The position numbers were made by a program, and so were the translations under genes. A stretch of DNA of 64,000 nt from Candidatus Hydrogenedentota bacterium (lineage in GTDB: Bacteria > Hydrogenedentota > Hydrogenedentia > Hydrogenedentales > SLHB01): contig BTVY01000032.1 of the NCBI GenBank assembly GCA_045863335.1, positions 1-64,000 on the forward strand, written 5' to 3'. The notes under the pieces are model-generated. The model did not search any database. It was not told the DNA's origin and saw only the letters and a program-made list of their open reading frames with translations. Positions 23,731 through 34,042 of this stretch are shown here, piece after piece. Within the stretch, counting starts at the first letter, position 1, and the number at the start of each line of letters is the position of its first letter.

Positions 23731-24804
23731 ATGAATAAGGCACTGATTAGCGCCGTTGTCTGTTTGGGGATCGTTGTCGCGGGGGCTTTCATCATTCTGG
23801 CGCCGCGGCCCGGAACGGACGAAGCGGAGGCCAGCAATACCGTCAATTCCGCCGAGCGCGTCCCCAACGTCAAGGTTCGCGTTCTCGAAGCGCAGGAACT
23901 CAAAGATATCCTGAACCTCACCGGTACGGTCCATCCCTGGGAAGACGTCACCATCGCGGCCGAGACCTCCGGCCGCGTCGATTGGAAGGGGATTGAAAGC
24001 GGCGAATCCGTGACGAAAGGGCAGGAGTTGTTCCGCGTCGACAGCGAAGCCTTGCGCGCTGCTCTCGGGCAGGCCGAGGCACAGGCGCGCCTGGCGACGC
24101 AGGAGTATGACCGCGTCCAACGATTGCTGGAACGGGGAGCCAGCACGCGGCAAGACGAAGACAGCGCCGTGGCCAATCGTGACGTCGCATCTGCCAGCCT
24201 TCGAGCCACTCAGATCCAGGTCGAGAAGAGCACCATCGAGGCGCCTTTCGATGGCCTTGTCGACCGCGTGTTTCAAGATCAAGACGAGTTTGTGGATACG
24301 GGCCAGCCAATGGCCCGGCTCGTGCAAGTCCACAAAGTCAAAGTCAATGTAGGCATTCCCGAACGTGACATTCCCCATTTCGAGATCGGAGACGCCGTAT
24401 CTGTCCGGTTGGATGCCTACCCAGACCGGGTGTTCGAGGGCACCATCCATATTATTTCTCCAACGGCAGACCTGGCCACCCACACCTTTACTGCCGAAAT
24501 CGCCCTCGAGAACCCCGACGGATGCCTCATGCCGGGGATGATCGCGCGGGCCGAGTTGATTCGGAACGTCTATCCGGATTCGATCGTGATTCCGGTGTTC
24601 TCTGCCATGTTGCTCGACGATAGCCGGTACGTTTTCTTGGAACGGGACGGCATCGCAGCGCTGCAACCCATCGAGATCGGAATCGTCCAGGGGAACGACA
24701 TCCAAATTACCGCGGGACTCAAGCCGGGCGATCGTTTAATCGTCGTGGGGCAGCGCGACGTTCGTCCCGGCGAACCGGTTAAAGTTCAAGAAACCATCCA
24801 GTGA
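23731..24804 (+). CDS. RND efflux periplasmic adaptor (MFP)
   Basis: N-terminal anchor, AETSGRV, IEAPFDG, LMPGM, GLKPGDRLIVVG. Confidence 0.94.
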   Translation: MNKALISAVVCLGIVVAGAFIILAPRPGTDEAEASNTVNSAERVPNVKVRVLEAQELKDILNLTGTVHPWEDVTIAAETSGRVDWKGIESGESVTKGQELFRVDSEALRAALGQAEAQARLATQEYDRVQRLLERGASTRQDEDSAVANRDVASASLRATQIQVEKSTIEAPFDGLVDRVFQDQDEFVDTGQPMARLVQVHKVKVNVGIPERDIPHFEIGDAVSVRLDAYPDRVFEGTIHIISPTADLATHTFTAEIALENPDGCLMPGMIARAELIRNVYPDSIVIPVFSAMLLDDSRYVFLERDGIAALQPIEIGIVQGNDIQITAGLKPGDRLIVVGQRDVRPGEPVKVQETIQ

Positions 24805-27800
24805 GAATTGCGAATCTTGCCGTAGACCGCAGCACCACGATCATCGTGTTGCTCATCATCATTACCATCGCCGGCGTGTACAGCTACGCCGTGCTCCCGC
24901 GGGAATCGAACCCCGAAGTCATCGTTCCTTTCATCAATGTGACGGTCACCTACGAGGGCGTTACCCCGGAGGACATGGAGTCCCTGGTGACCGTTCCGAT
25001 TGAACGGAAACTTACGGGGCTCTCCGACGTGAAGGAAATCACGTCGACAAGCGTGGAGGGCGTCTCCACGATCGTGATCGAGTTTCAGCCGGACACGGTG
25101 ATTGAAGACGCCCTGCAACGCGTGCGCGACAAAGTGGATCTTGCCAAGTCCGACTTGCCCGAAGATGCGGATGATCCTCTCATCAACGAGATCAACCTGG
25201 GGGAGATTCCCATCATGTTGATGTCGTTGACGGGGAGTGTGGGGTTGCCGGTGCTGAATGAGATCGCGGAAGAATTGGAGGACCGGATCGAGGCGATTCC
25301 CGGTGTGCTCGACGTGCAGCTCATCGGCGGCGTGGAACGCGAAATTCAGATTGAGGTCGATCCGGATCGCGTCGCCGAGTACAACATTCCGCTCACCGAC
25401 CTCGTCGAGGTGACGCGACTCGAGAACGTCAACACCCCCGGCGGTTCCATGGATCTCGGCGAAGCCAAGTTTCTCATGCGCACGCCCGGCGAAATCAGCA
25501 CGCCCGAGGAATTGGCAAACCTTGTCGTGCGCGTCGGACCGGAGGGCACCGTGCATCTCCGGGACATCGCATCGATCAAGGATGCCTTCAAAGAACTGGA
25601 TAGCCTCTCGCGTGTGGACGCCAATCCAGCGGTCACCCTGGCAATCTCCAAGCGTTCCGGCGAGAACATCATTCGCATTGCCGACCAGGTCAACGCGATG
25701 TTTGAGGAACTTCAGGACGGCCTGCCGCAGGGGATCGACATCGCGCTCACCTGGGACGAGTCCGTCTTCGTCCGCGACATGGTGAACGAACTCGAGAACA
25801 GCATCTTGAGCGGTCTCATCCTGGTGTTGGCGGTGATCTTCATCTTTCTGGGGTTCACCAACGCCCTGTTCGTCGCGCTCGCGATTCCCATTTCCATGTT
25901 GATTACCTTCTTCGTGCTCTACATGTCCGGCGTGACGTTGAACATGGTGGTGCTGTTCAGCCTGACCCTCGCCTTGGGCATGTTGGTCGATAACGGGATC
26001 GTGGTGGTCGAGAACATCTACCGCCACATGCAGCTTGGGCTCGACCGTGTGGCCGCCGCAAAGAAAGGCGTTGACGAAGTCGCGTGGCCCATTATCGGAT
26101 CGACGCTCACCACCGTCGCGGCCTTCGCCCCCATGTTTTTCTGGCCCGGCATTTGGGGCAAGTTCATGGTGTATCTGCCCCTCACCGTGACGCTGGCGCT
26201 CATGTCATCTTTGTTCGTGGGGCTCATCGTCAATCCGGCCCTGGCCGGGCGGTTCATGCGCGCCAAGGTTGCCGTCCGAAAAGACGGCCGGATCAAGCGC
26301 CATCCCATCCTGCACAGCTACGCCGCCATTCTTCACCAGGCGATACGGTGGCGCGCCGTCACGGTGACCATTGCCGTGGTGGGACTGGTCGTTATCACCT
26401 TCGAGTTCTTTACGCATGCCGAATTTGAGTTCACGCCGACGATTGAGCCGCCTCAGGCGGACATCGACATCGAGTGTCCGGAAGGAACGAACCTCGCCAC
26501 CTCGGATGCGTACGTCAAGCTGGTGGAGGACGTGCTCGAACCGTACCGTGATAATCTCGAGCACGTGATCGCGAACGTCGGTTCCCAAGGTGTCAGCCTC
26601 TACGGGGAGAACCGCGCAAACACGACGCATCTCAGCCGCGTGACGCTGGACTTCCCCAAGCTGGAAGACTGCACGGTTATGCCCAGCACCATCGTCGAGC
26701 AAGTGCGAAAAGACTTGGCGAGCGTCACCGGCGCGGAGGTTCGCATCAAGAAGATGGACATGGGGCCGCCGACCGGTCCCCCTATCAATATCGAGATCAG
26801 CGGCGACGATTTCGATACGCTCGCCCAGTTGGCCAAGGATATTCGCGCCCACATCAAGGACGTTCCGAACCTGGTTGACCTCCGCGACGACTATAACAAG
26901 GGGAAGCCGGAGGTCCGTGTGATCGTTGACCGCCAGCAGGCGTGGAAGACGGGTCTCAATACTTCCCTCATTGGAGTCACCGTTCAAACCGCGGTGGACG
27001 GACGCAAGGCCGGCGACTACCGGGAGGGCGACGAAGAGTACGACGTCGTCGTTCGATTCCCGCAAGCGTTTCGGGAAGACCTGTCGAACATCGAATCCAT
27101 GAAGTTGATCAACCTCCGCGGCGAAGCGATTCCCATGTCCGTGGTTGCCCATGTCGAGCAAGGCGCGGGGCTGGGAAGCATCACGCGAATCGATCGCCGC
27201 CGTACCGTGACCGTGTCCGCGGACATCGAGGCTGGCTCCTTGGGCCAGGAAGTGCTGGATGACGTGCGCGAGACGATGGCGAGTTTTACACTCCCCGCAG
27301 GGTACACCGTCGAGTACACGGGGGAAAACGAGGATACCGAGGAAACCGAAGCCTTTCTGTCGCGTGCATTCGTGGCGGCGGTGCTTCTGATTACGTTGGT
27401 GCTTGTGGCCCAGTTCAATTCCATCCTGCAACCATTCATTATTGTGAGTTCGGTCGTGCTCTCGCTTGCCGGGGTTTTCCTCGGCCTGTTTGTGTTCGAC
27501 ATGCCCTTCGGCATTCTCATGACGGGGATCGGCGTAATCAGTCTTGCCGGGGTCGTCGTGAACAATGCCATCGTGCTGATCGATTTCATCAATCAGATGC
27601 GAGCCTTGGGCCACTCCGTCGAGGACGCGGTGGTGGAGGCGGGTATCACGCGGTTCCGGCCGGTGATGCTTACGGCAATCACCACGATTCTCGGGCTAGT
27701 ACCGATGGCATTGGGGATTAGCTTTGATTTCCGCGAGTTCCACTGGACCTTTGGCGGGGAGTCGAGCCAGTGGTGGGGTTCCATGGCCGTGGCTGTCATC

Positions 27801-27938
27801 TTTGGCCTGGCATTCGCAACGATTCTGACACTCGTCGTTGTCCCCGTCTTGTACACCTTTACGGCGAGCCTCACGGAAATCGTGACCTCGACCTCGACGG
27901 AAGAGTCACCCCAGCCGTCGGAAGTTTCGGCGAAGTAG
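24801..27938 (+). CDS. RND efflux permease (AcrB/AcrD/AcrF family)
   Basis: 1045 aa with GMLVDNGIVVVENIYR, GVVVNNAIVLID and RFRPVMLTAITTILG. Confidence 0.96.
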   Translation: MRIANLAVDRSTTIIVLLIIITIAGVYSYAVLPRESNPEVIVPFINVTVTYEGVTPEDMESLVTVPIERKLTGLSDVKEITSTSVEGVSTIVIEFQPDTVIEDALQRVRDKVDLAKSDLPEDADDPLINEINLGEIPIMLMSLTGSVGLPVLNEIAEELEDRIEAIPGVLDVQLIGGVEREIQIEVDPDRVAEYNIPLTDLVEVTRLENVNTPGGSMDLGEAKFLMRTPGEISTPEELANLVVRVGPEGTVHLRDIASIKDAFKELDSLSRVDANPAVTLAISKRSGENIIRIADQVNAMFEELQDGLPQGIDIALTWDESVFVRDMVNELENSILSGLILVLAVIFIFLGFTNALFVALAIPISMLITFFVLYMSGVTLNMVVLFSLTLALGMLVDNGIVVVENIYRHMQLGLDRVAAAKKGVDEVAWPIIGSTLTTVAAFAPMFFWPGIWGKFMVYLPLTVTLALMSSLFVGLIVNPALAGRFMRAKVAVRKDGRIKRHPILHSYAAILHQAIRWRAVTVTIAVVGLVVITFEFFTHAEFEFTPTIEPPQADIDIECPEGTNLATSDAYVKLVEDVLEPYRDNLEHVIANVGSQGVSLYGENRANTTHLSRVTLDFPKLEDCTVMPSTIVEQVRKDLASVTGAEVRIKKMDMGPPTGPPINIEISGDDFDTLAQLAKDIRAHIKDVPNLVDLRDDYNKGKPEVRVIVDRQQAWKTGLNTSLIGVTVQTAVDGRKAGDYREGDEEYDVVVRFPQAFREDLSNIESMKLINLRGEAIPMSVVAHVEQGAGLGSITRIDRRRTVTVSADIEAGSLGQEVLDDVRETMASFTLPAGYTVEYTGENEDTEETEAFLSRAFVAAVLLITLVLVAQFNSILQPFIIVSSVVLSLAGVFLGLFVFDMPFGILMTGIGVISLAGVVVNNAIVLIDFINQMRALGHSVEDAVVEAGITRFRPVMLTAITTILGLVPMALGISFDFREFHWTFGGESSQWWGSMAVAVIFGLAFATILTLVVVPVLYTFTASLTEIVTSTSTEESPQPSEVSAK

Positions 27939-27984
27939 CGCGACCACACCTCCACAGCCACGCACACAATGTCGATGGTTCGCA

Positions 27985-29430
27985 ATGATAAGATCGAAAC
28001 TTCGTATAGTGTTCGCAACATTACTCCTGGTTGCGGGACTCCTCTGTGTCGCGTACGGGCGGCTTTTTGAATTTGCCGGAGAGATACGCATCCGCACGGG
28101 TTCCGCCGAAGCGATCGCCGTCGCCACGCCTTCACCCTTTCGTATGAATCGAAATTCGCTCCGAAAACACGTGCCCGGCCGCGAGATCCCCTTCGCCAAT
28201 CCCGATGACGCTAGAGGCTGGATTGATGCCGATCGATATTACGATGTCGCGTCGCTGCCCTTTGCGATCGCTATCGCCGGCGCGAACCTGGAGGCGGACC
28301 GCGAGGTGGGTGGTCCGCTTGTGGTCTCCGGCCCGGACAGCGAAACGCGCGTGCCCGTCGAATCCGGCCAGAACGTGTCGATTGGTGGTGAAGAATTCAC
28401 GATGGGAGCGGTCCGCCCATGGTCGGGGCTTGTACATGCGCCGGGCAATCCACCCATGGCGGAACTGACGCTTTTCGCCGGCGACGAATCAGCGGGCGCC
28501 GCCGGGAATACCTACTTCGTGCCCGACGGCGCATGGGTTCGGGCGAATCAGGAAACGGCGCTGCATTTTCGTTGGGCGGCTTCTGAGGACGATAGTGAAC
28601 AAGCACTGAACGAGGGCCGGGGACGGAGCGTCGCCCGGTGGGGGATCATTTCGGAAGAGCAGGGAGAATGGCTAACGACGTTCCAACCCGGTTCCGGTCT
28701 TGTTACGGCCGATGGGTCCAGCGTCGTGTTGCTTCAACGGGATGATACGCACGCTGGTCCGGGCGGAACGACTTCCGCAATCGAAGTGGCCCTTGAAAAC
28801 TCGGAAGGTGTCGAACGCCGGTGGGTGCCTGCCAACGAGACCGTTCCTGGCTTCCCGGTCCGTTACGAGAACCTGCCGGAAATGCCGCGCGTTTTACATG
28901 TCATCGCGTGGGAGCCTGGGCGATCCACCGTGTTTCCCGCTATGCATGGCACGCGTGGCAAACCGGCCGCCCTGGATCGCGGTGAAACGTGGTCGGACGC
29001 CGGACTGCGGCTTCGTCTTGATGACGTTCAGCCGTCGGCTACTGCCGTCAAACCAGACGCATCCTCTCAGTTCGAGGTCGCACTCGAAGGCCGCGATCGC
29101 GAGCTCGCGGTCCCTGAAAACAGCCCGGTGCAATTAGGATCCTCAGTCGTACGGTTCGAAGCGCGTGTCCAGCCTGCAAAGGTCTCGTATCGAGCGGCCA
29201 TCTACAGACCTGGGCAGGAACAACCGGAAATGCTTGACCTTGGTCCCGAAACTGCGCTCAATCTTGATGGCTGGCAGGTACAACAACACGCGAACCGCCA
29301 CACGTCGGCGGACCTGGCTGTTCTCCGTATGCGCCAACGGTCGCCTGGACTCGCGACGATCGCCGGGATTTCACTGTGCATCGCGGCGACGCTTCTGTTC
29401 CTGACAGCGCGTCGCGCCGGGGTGCGGTAG
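27985..29430 (+). CDS. Hypothetical membrane protein with a large beta-rich extracytoplasmic region (possibly ResB-like)
   Basis: N- and C-terminal TM helices flank a ~420-aa soluble part. The ResB similarity is architectural only. Confidence 0.6.
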   Translation: MIRSKLRIVFATLLLVAGLLCVAYGRLFEFAGEIRIRTGSAEAIAVATPSPFRMNRNSLRKHVPGREIPFANPDDARGWIDADRYYDVASLPFAIAIAGANLEADREVGGPLVVSGPDSETRVPVESGQNVSIGGEEFTMGAVRPWSGLVHAPGNPPMAELTLFAGDESAGAAGNTYFVPDGAWVRANQETALHFRWAASEDDSEQALNEGRGRSVARWGIISEEQGEWLTTFQPGSGLVTADGSSVVLLQRDDTHAGPGGTTSAIEVALENSEGVERRWVPANETVPGFPVRYENLPEMPRVLHVIAWEPGRSTVFPAMHGTRGKPAALDRGETWSDAGLRLRLDDVQPSATAVKPDASSQFEVALEGRDRELAVPENSPVQLGSSVVRFEARVQPAKVSYRAAIYRPGQEQPEMLDLGPETALNLDGWQVQQHANRHTSADLAVLRMRQRSPGLATIAGISLCIAATLLFLTARRAGVR

Positions 29431-29538
29431 GCTTCGCTGACGCGTTTTATCCCACTACCGAATTGGACTATACTGCGCAGTCTACGGGCGCGCGCGTCGA
29501 ATTTCGCCCGGTAACCTGAGCAGCAAAGGACAGCACCA

Positions 29539-32118
29539 GTGGCCGAGGAACCACGCGACGACATCGATAGTTACGAGGAAAAGAAGCCCGATGGCATCTT
29601 GAATGAGAGCGACATCGCGGCGCCGGAAAGCACGGGGGATGAAGCGCTTGATCGACAGCTATCCCGGCCGGTGATAGAAGGCATGCAGGGCATCGATACC
29701 GCCCAGGTCTGGATCGCCGGTTTTCTTATCGTGGTGGCGGGACTCATTGCGTACTCCAACGCCTTCGGAATACCCTTTCACTATCTGGACCAGCGGGTCA
29801 TCGTCGATAACCCCCACGCCCACAGCGTGGCCACCGTTCCACAAGCTCTCGATGTAGAGCCGTCCTCGCCGTTGCCCATGCTGACCTACGCCGTCAACTG
29901 GGCCATCTCCGGCGACAGCCCTGTCCCGTTCCACATCGTCAATATCTTTCTACACGCGCTCAACGCGTTGATGGTTTACCTCATTTGCCGGCGCCTCATG
30001 CCGGAAGGAATCCCGGAACCAGTCTCCATGCTTGCGGGATTGTTCGTCGCGCTGAACCCGCTGACGACGGAGTCCGTGAACTACGCCGTTGGCCGGGCGG
30101 AATTGATGGCGGCATTCTTCACGCTGGCGGCGGTAGTTTTCTTCATGCGCGGTACATCGGCAGTGGAAAGACCACGGATCGGATCGATCGCTATGTCCCT
30201 ACTGGCCATGATTGGCGCGTGGTACTGTAGCCCTGTCGCGCTGCTCATTCCTCTATTGGTGTTTGCAATCGATTGGGTGCAGCGCGGCATAGGCGCGTTT
30301 CGCTGGCCCACCGTGCACGGAGCGTACTGGGCCCTTGCAGGTTTGCTTCTGGTGTCCTGGATTGCCTCGTTGAATGACCACGCGCAGTTTGACCAGTTGG
30401 TTGGCGACGCTCCTCAAGCCACCAACGCGGACCGCGCCTTGGCGTTCATGCGCGGCATAGAGAAGACACTAAGTCCCGTAGGGCTTACTCCCGATCACAA
30501 TCTCCCGCCGCATGGGGCCCGCAGTTTCCTCGAGGACCAGACTGTCCATGTCGGTCTGTCGGTAATGAATGGCCTCGTGCTTGTGGTTGCGGCCATCGTG
30601 CTTGTTGGGTTCCGCTCGGTGACGGGTATTGCATTGCTCTGGTTTACCGCGGGACTTGTCGCCGCGACGTTCTCCTTTACCGCCGCCAATCCCTTCTCGG
30701 AGCGGGCCCTGTACTTTCCGCTATGTGGAATCGTGCTGGTTGTCCCGTGGCTCGTTGCGAAAGCGTCCGCCCGACGGGCTACCCAAATCGCCGCAGTCAG
30801 CGCCGCGGTCGTGTTGCTCATCGCGGCCGGATCGGGAACCTACCTGAGAAACCGCGTGTGGCAGTCGCCTCAATCGCTGTGGGAAGATGCCGGTGCGAAG
30901 AATCCAAACAATCCCTTGCCGTTGGAACGCCTGGGGGAAGTCTTATTCGACCAGGCCACGCAGGCATACCAGGAATCGGCGCTTCTCGCACAAGAAGGGC
31001 AAGGTCCGGCCGCTTCCGCGCGCCGGGAGGAATCGATGCAACTGTTCTCCCTGGCTGAGGAGACGTTGATTGCCGCTTCCGACGCGAATCCGGATAACCC
31101 GGCGACCCTCGATCGGCTCGGACAATGCGCAAGTTTCAGGGGGCGGGTCGAGATTGCGCAGGAGCGGTTTCGGCAAGCACTCTGGCTCGACCCCGTCGAC
31201 TTTGGGCACACGTCCCAGCTCGCCATGGCGCTCACCGCCAACGCCACTATCGCGGGGAACATGAGCGATCGATTGCTTGCCATTGATTACTTTCGGCGGG
31301 CAGAAGAACTAGGTCCCCTTCCGCCAGAGATGCGCACGCAGTTCGCTGTGTTGTTGACCAGCATTGGAGACCTCGAAGCCGCTGAGGAAGAGTTGACCGC
31401 CGTGGTAGAAGCGAGTGAATATACGCCCGCGACGCAGCAATTGGAGGTTGTGCGGCGCACGCGGAACGTGCTTTCCGACGCCGACCGGCGGGCCCGGCAG
31501 ATTCTCGACACCGACCCCTCCAGTGCGGACGGGCTCCGACTGCACGCCGAAGTACTGATGGGCCGAGGCATGCTGCTACAAGCATCGTATGTATTGGCGC
31601 GTTTGCTCCGCCAGAATCCGGATGACCTGGATTCGTGGGTGTTACAGGGCGCGGTTCGCGCCATGGTGAACGACGAGCCACGATTCCTGTCAGAATGGCC
31701 GAAGGCGCCCGCTCCCGAACCAGGCGCCCCGTCGGGATGGGTGCAGCTCGCACAGCGTTGTGCCGCCGCCGGCCGTTGGACGGGTGCGCGAACCTACCTT
31801 GAAGCAGCGGCCGGCAGAGCGCCCGACGTATCCTTGCCCTTGGTCACACTTGCCGAGATCGCCCTGTCGATGAACCTGCCCGCCACGGCGACCCCGTATT
31901 TGGAAGAGGCGGCAGAGACGTATCCCGACAGTCCGAGAGCATGGTTGCTTCTGGCTGACGTGGCGATCGGTAGTGAGAACTTCGCTGCGGCGCAGCGCTA
32001 TCTGGACGAGGCGGAGAAGCGCGGCGCCTCCGCGTCGGAGTTGGAGCCGCGGCGCGCCCGGATCGGTGATGTCCCGGCACCGGACGAACCGGATGGATTT
32101 GAGACGATTCTGCGCTAG
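29539..32118 (+). CDS. TMTC-like membrane protein (GT-C-like TM domain plus TPR repeats)
   Basis: FHIVNIFLHALN, NPLTTESVNYAVGRAE, SERALYFP, RNRVWQS..SLW, followed by TPR-like helical repeats. Confidence 0.85.
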   Translation: MAEEPRDDIDSYEEKKPDGILNESDIAAPESTGDEALDRQLSRPVIEGMQGIDTAQVWIAGFLIVVAGLIAYSNAFGIPFHYLDQRVIVDNPHAHSVATVPQALDVEPSSPLPMLTYAVNWAISGDSPVPFHIVNIFLHALNALMVYLICRRLMPEGIPEPVSMLAGLFVALNPLTTESVNYAVGRAELMAAFFTLAAVVFFMRGTSAVERPRIGSIAMSLLAMIGAWYCSPVALLIPLLVFAIDWVQRGIGAFRWPTVHGAYWALAGLLLVSWIASLNDHAQFDQLVGDAPQATNADRALAFMRGIEKTLSPVGLTPDHNLPPHGARSFLEDQTVHVGLSVMNGLVLVVAAIVLVGFRSVTGIALLWFTAGLVAATFSFTAANPFSERALYFPLCGIVLVVPWLVAKASARRATQIAAVSAAVVLLIAAGSGTYLRNRVWQSPQSLWEDAGAKNPNNPLPLERLGEVLFDQATQAYQESALLAQEGQGPAASARREESMQLFSLAEETLIAASDANPDNPATLDRLGQCASFRGRVEIAQERFRQALWLDPVDFGHTSQLAMALTANATIAGNMSDRLLAIDYFRRAEELGPLPPEMRTQFAVLLTSIGDLEAAEEELTAVVEASEYTPATQQLEVVRRTRNVLSDADRRARQILDTDPSSADGLRLHAEVLMGRGMLLQASYVLARLLRQNPDDLDSWVLQGAVRAMVNDEPRFLSEWPKAPAPEPGAPSGWVQLAQRCAAAGRWTGARTYLEAAAGRAPDVSLPLVTLAEIALSMNLPATATPYLEEAAETYPDSPRAWLLLADVAIGSENFAAAQRYLDEAEKRGASASELEPRRARIGDVPAPDEPDGFETILR

Positions 32119-32177
32119 CCATGGCCGGTTGAGTGGACGCTTGCCGCCAAGGCGCGAATCGAGTAGGTGACAATGCT

Positions 32178-32867
32178 ATGGATTCTTCTTCCGACATCCT
32201 GTTGTATTGTGGAAAGTTCGCCCTGGCGATCGTTCTTTCCGGCGCCCTGGGTCTTGAACGCGAGCGCAAGGGCCGTGCGGCCGGGTTGCGGACGCATGTG
32301 GTTGTCTGTTTAGGGGCGACCTTGGCCATGATCGTTTCCGACATCTTGGCCGCTGAATGGAATCGTTCCGGCGCGCCCATCTGGCTGGACCGGGGACGTA
32401 TCGCCGCGGGGGTGGTGACCGGCATCGGGTTCATCGGCGCCGGCACGATCATTAACGTGGGTAGCATTCACCGCGGCCTTACAACTGCTGCCATGCTGTG
32501 GTTTGTCGCCGTGCTCGGCCTTGCCATCGGCGTGGGCTACTACACGCTGGCGGTCATCTCCACCGCCTTCACGCTTCTGTCGGTCCTGCTGCTGGAACGC
32601 ATCGGTGGACTGTTACCCGCTCAGGTTCAGTATGCGCTGAGTGTTCGCGTCGCGGGCGGCAGCCGGCGGATTACCGATTTGGAAAAATTCATTGAGCAAC
32701 AGGGCTACATCGTCATGGCGGCGCGATTGCGCGTCAGCGAAGAAGAGGGAAAGCGCGCGGATATGACCTTCGATATTCTCTCCCGGAACAAACAATCCAT
32801 CGAGGAACTAATCGAACGGATTCAGCACGAGTTTCCCGAGACGAAACGCATCACGATCGAACGTTGA
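32178..32867 (+). CDS. MgtC/SapB family protein
   Basis: GLERE....AAGLRTH, RIAAGVVTGIGFIGAGTI, GLTTAA. Confidence 0.95.
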   Translation: MDSSSDILLYCGKFALAIVLSGALGLERERKGRAAGLRTHVVVCLGATLAMIVSDILAAEWNRSGAPIWLDRGRIAAGVVTGIGFIGAGTIINVGSIHRGLTTAAMLWFVAVLGLAIGVGYYTLAVISTAFTLLSVLLLERIGGLLPAQVQYALSVRVAGGSRRITDLEKFIEQQGYIVMAARLRVSEEEGKRADMTFDILSRNKQSIEELIERIQHEFPETKRITIER

Positions 32868-32902
32868 GCGATCTGTTCATCCGCCTTTAGCAGGAGCATT
32901 TT

Positions 32903-34042
32903 ATGATTTCATTCGCTGCACTTTTGATGGTGATGTCCGTCAACACCGGCGCGGAGCTATCCTACCTTGAGCGGACTGCGAACGCAGTGGATGCGTGCAG
33001 GCAGCAGATCCCCGCCATGCAATCGCCCGCCGATAGTGCGGCAAAACGATTGGCAGAGGGCGGGGCACTTTGGGCGGCGGGCCATTCAGCCTGGGTAAGC
33101 GAGCTGTCGGGGCGCGCAGGCGGCATGATGCTTATCAAGAATCTCGGCGACGCAACACCTGCGGCCGGTGATGTGGTCTTGTTCGCGCAGGTTGAGGGGG
33201 TGGAGCTTCCCGCCTCCGTTCTGGAATCCGGTGCCTTCATCGTCGGATTCGGCGCGCGACGTCCCAACGATTCCATGCCGTGGTTCGCAAACCCTGCGGC
33301 GGATGCGGAAATCTCGCCAACCTTAGGCAACGTCATTCCCGGATGGATATTCACTGCGGAGCTCGTGTCCGCCTTGACCCGCCTGGGCAAGATGCCGGTC
33401 ATGTACGAGACCATTGGTCTCCCGGGCGGATATCCCCGGATATATAAGTTTCAGCGCGAGGGGATCTTCTGGCACGAACCGCATGACGTCAAACCCATCG
33501 ATGCCAGCGCCCTCGGCAATCAGTACGCAGACGCGGTCAACGGCATCCTGCGCAGGGCAAATGTCGAGAATCGGCGCAACTTCGCTACGGCGGGTACGTG
33601 GGCGGCGGAAGCCTTGAGCGGTGGTCATCAGGTCTTCATGTACTGCATGGGACATTTCGTTCCGGACGAGGTCGGCAAGACCGTGATTGGCGAAGACTTC
33701 ACGGCTGGAGTTTGGAACTCTGGGTTCACGAATCTACAGCCGCCCAGTGGCGCCTATAACAAAGGCGATGTGCTGATCCATATCGGGTATCAACACCCGC
33801 CTCGCGGGCTACTGGATGCGGGACGCGCAGCGAATGCGCGGGTCTTGTACGTCGATATTCTTCGCGACCGCGACTTCGTGGACGATTCGGGCGTGATCTG
33901 GATCGACCCCATGTGGTCCTGGCCAGACGCTTGTGTGACGGTGGAGGGGTACGACATTCCCATTCTGCCTCCATCAGGCATCGTGAACAGCGCAATCGCG
34001 TGGGAGATTCACCGCATTACCCGAGAAAACTTGGCCCCCTAA
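32903..34042 (+). CDS. Hypothetical exported protein, possibly tandem SIS-like domains
   Basis: Signal peptide. AAKRLAEGGALWAAG...ELSGRAGG and a second GHQVF....GH unit resemble SIS domains. Confidence 0.6.
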   Translation: MISFAALLMVMSVNTGAELSYLERTANAVDACRQQIPAMQSPADSAAKRLAEGGALWAAGHSAWVSELSGRAGGMMLIKNLGDATPAAGDVVLFAQVEGVELPASVLESGAFIVGFGARRPNDSMPWFANPAADAEISPTLGNVIPGWIFTAELVSALTRLGKMPVMYETIGLPGGYPRIYKFQREGIFWHEPHDVKPIDASALGNQYADAVNGILRRANVENRRNFATAGTWAAEALSGGHQVFMYCMGHFVPDEVGKTVIGEDFTAGVWNSGFTNLQPPSGAYNKGDVLIHIGYQHPPRGLLDAGRAANARVLYVDILRDRDFVDDSGVIWIDPMWSWPDACVTVEGYDIPILPPSGIVNSAIAWEIHRITRENLAP

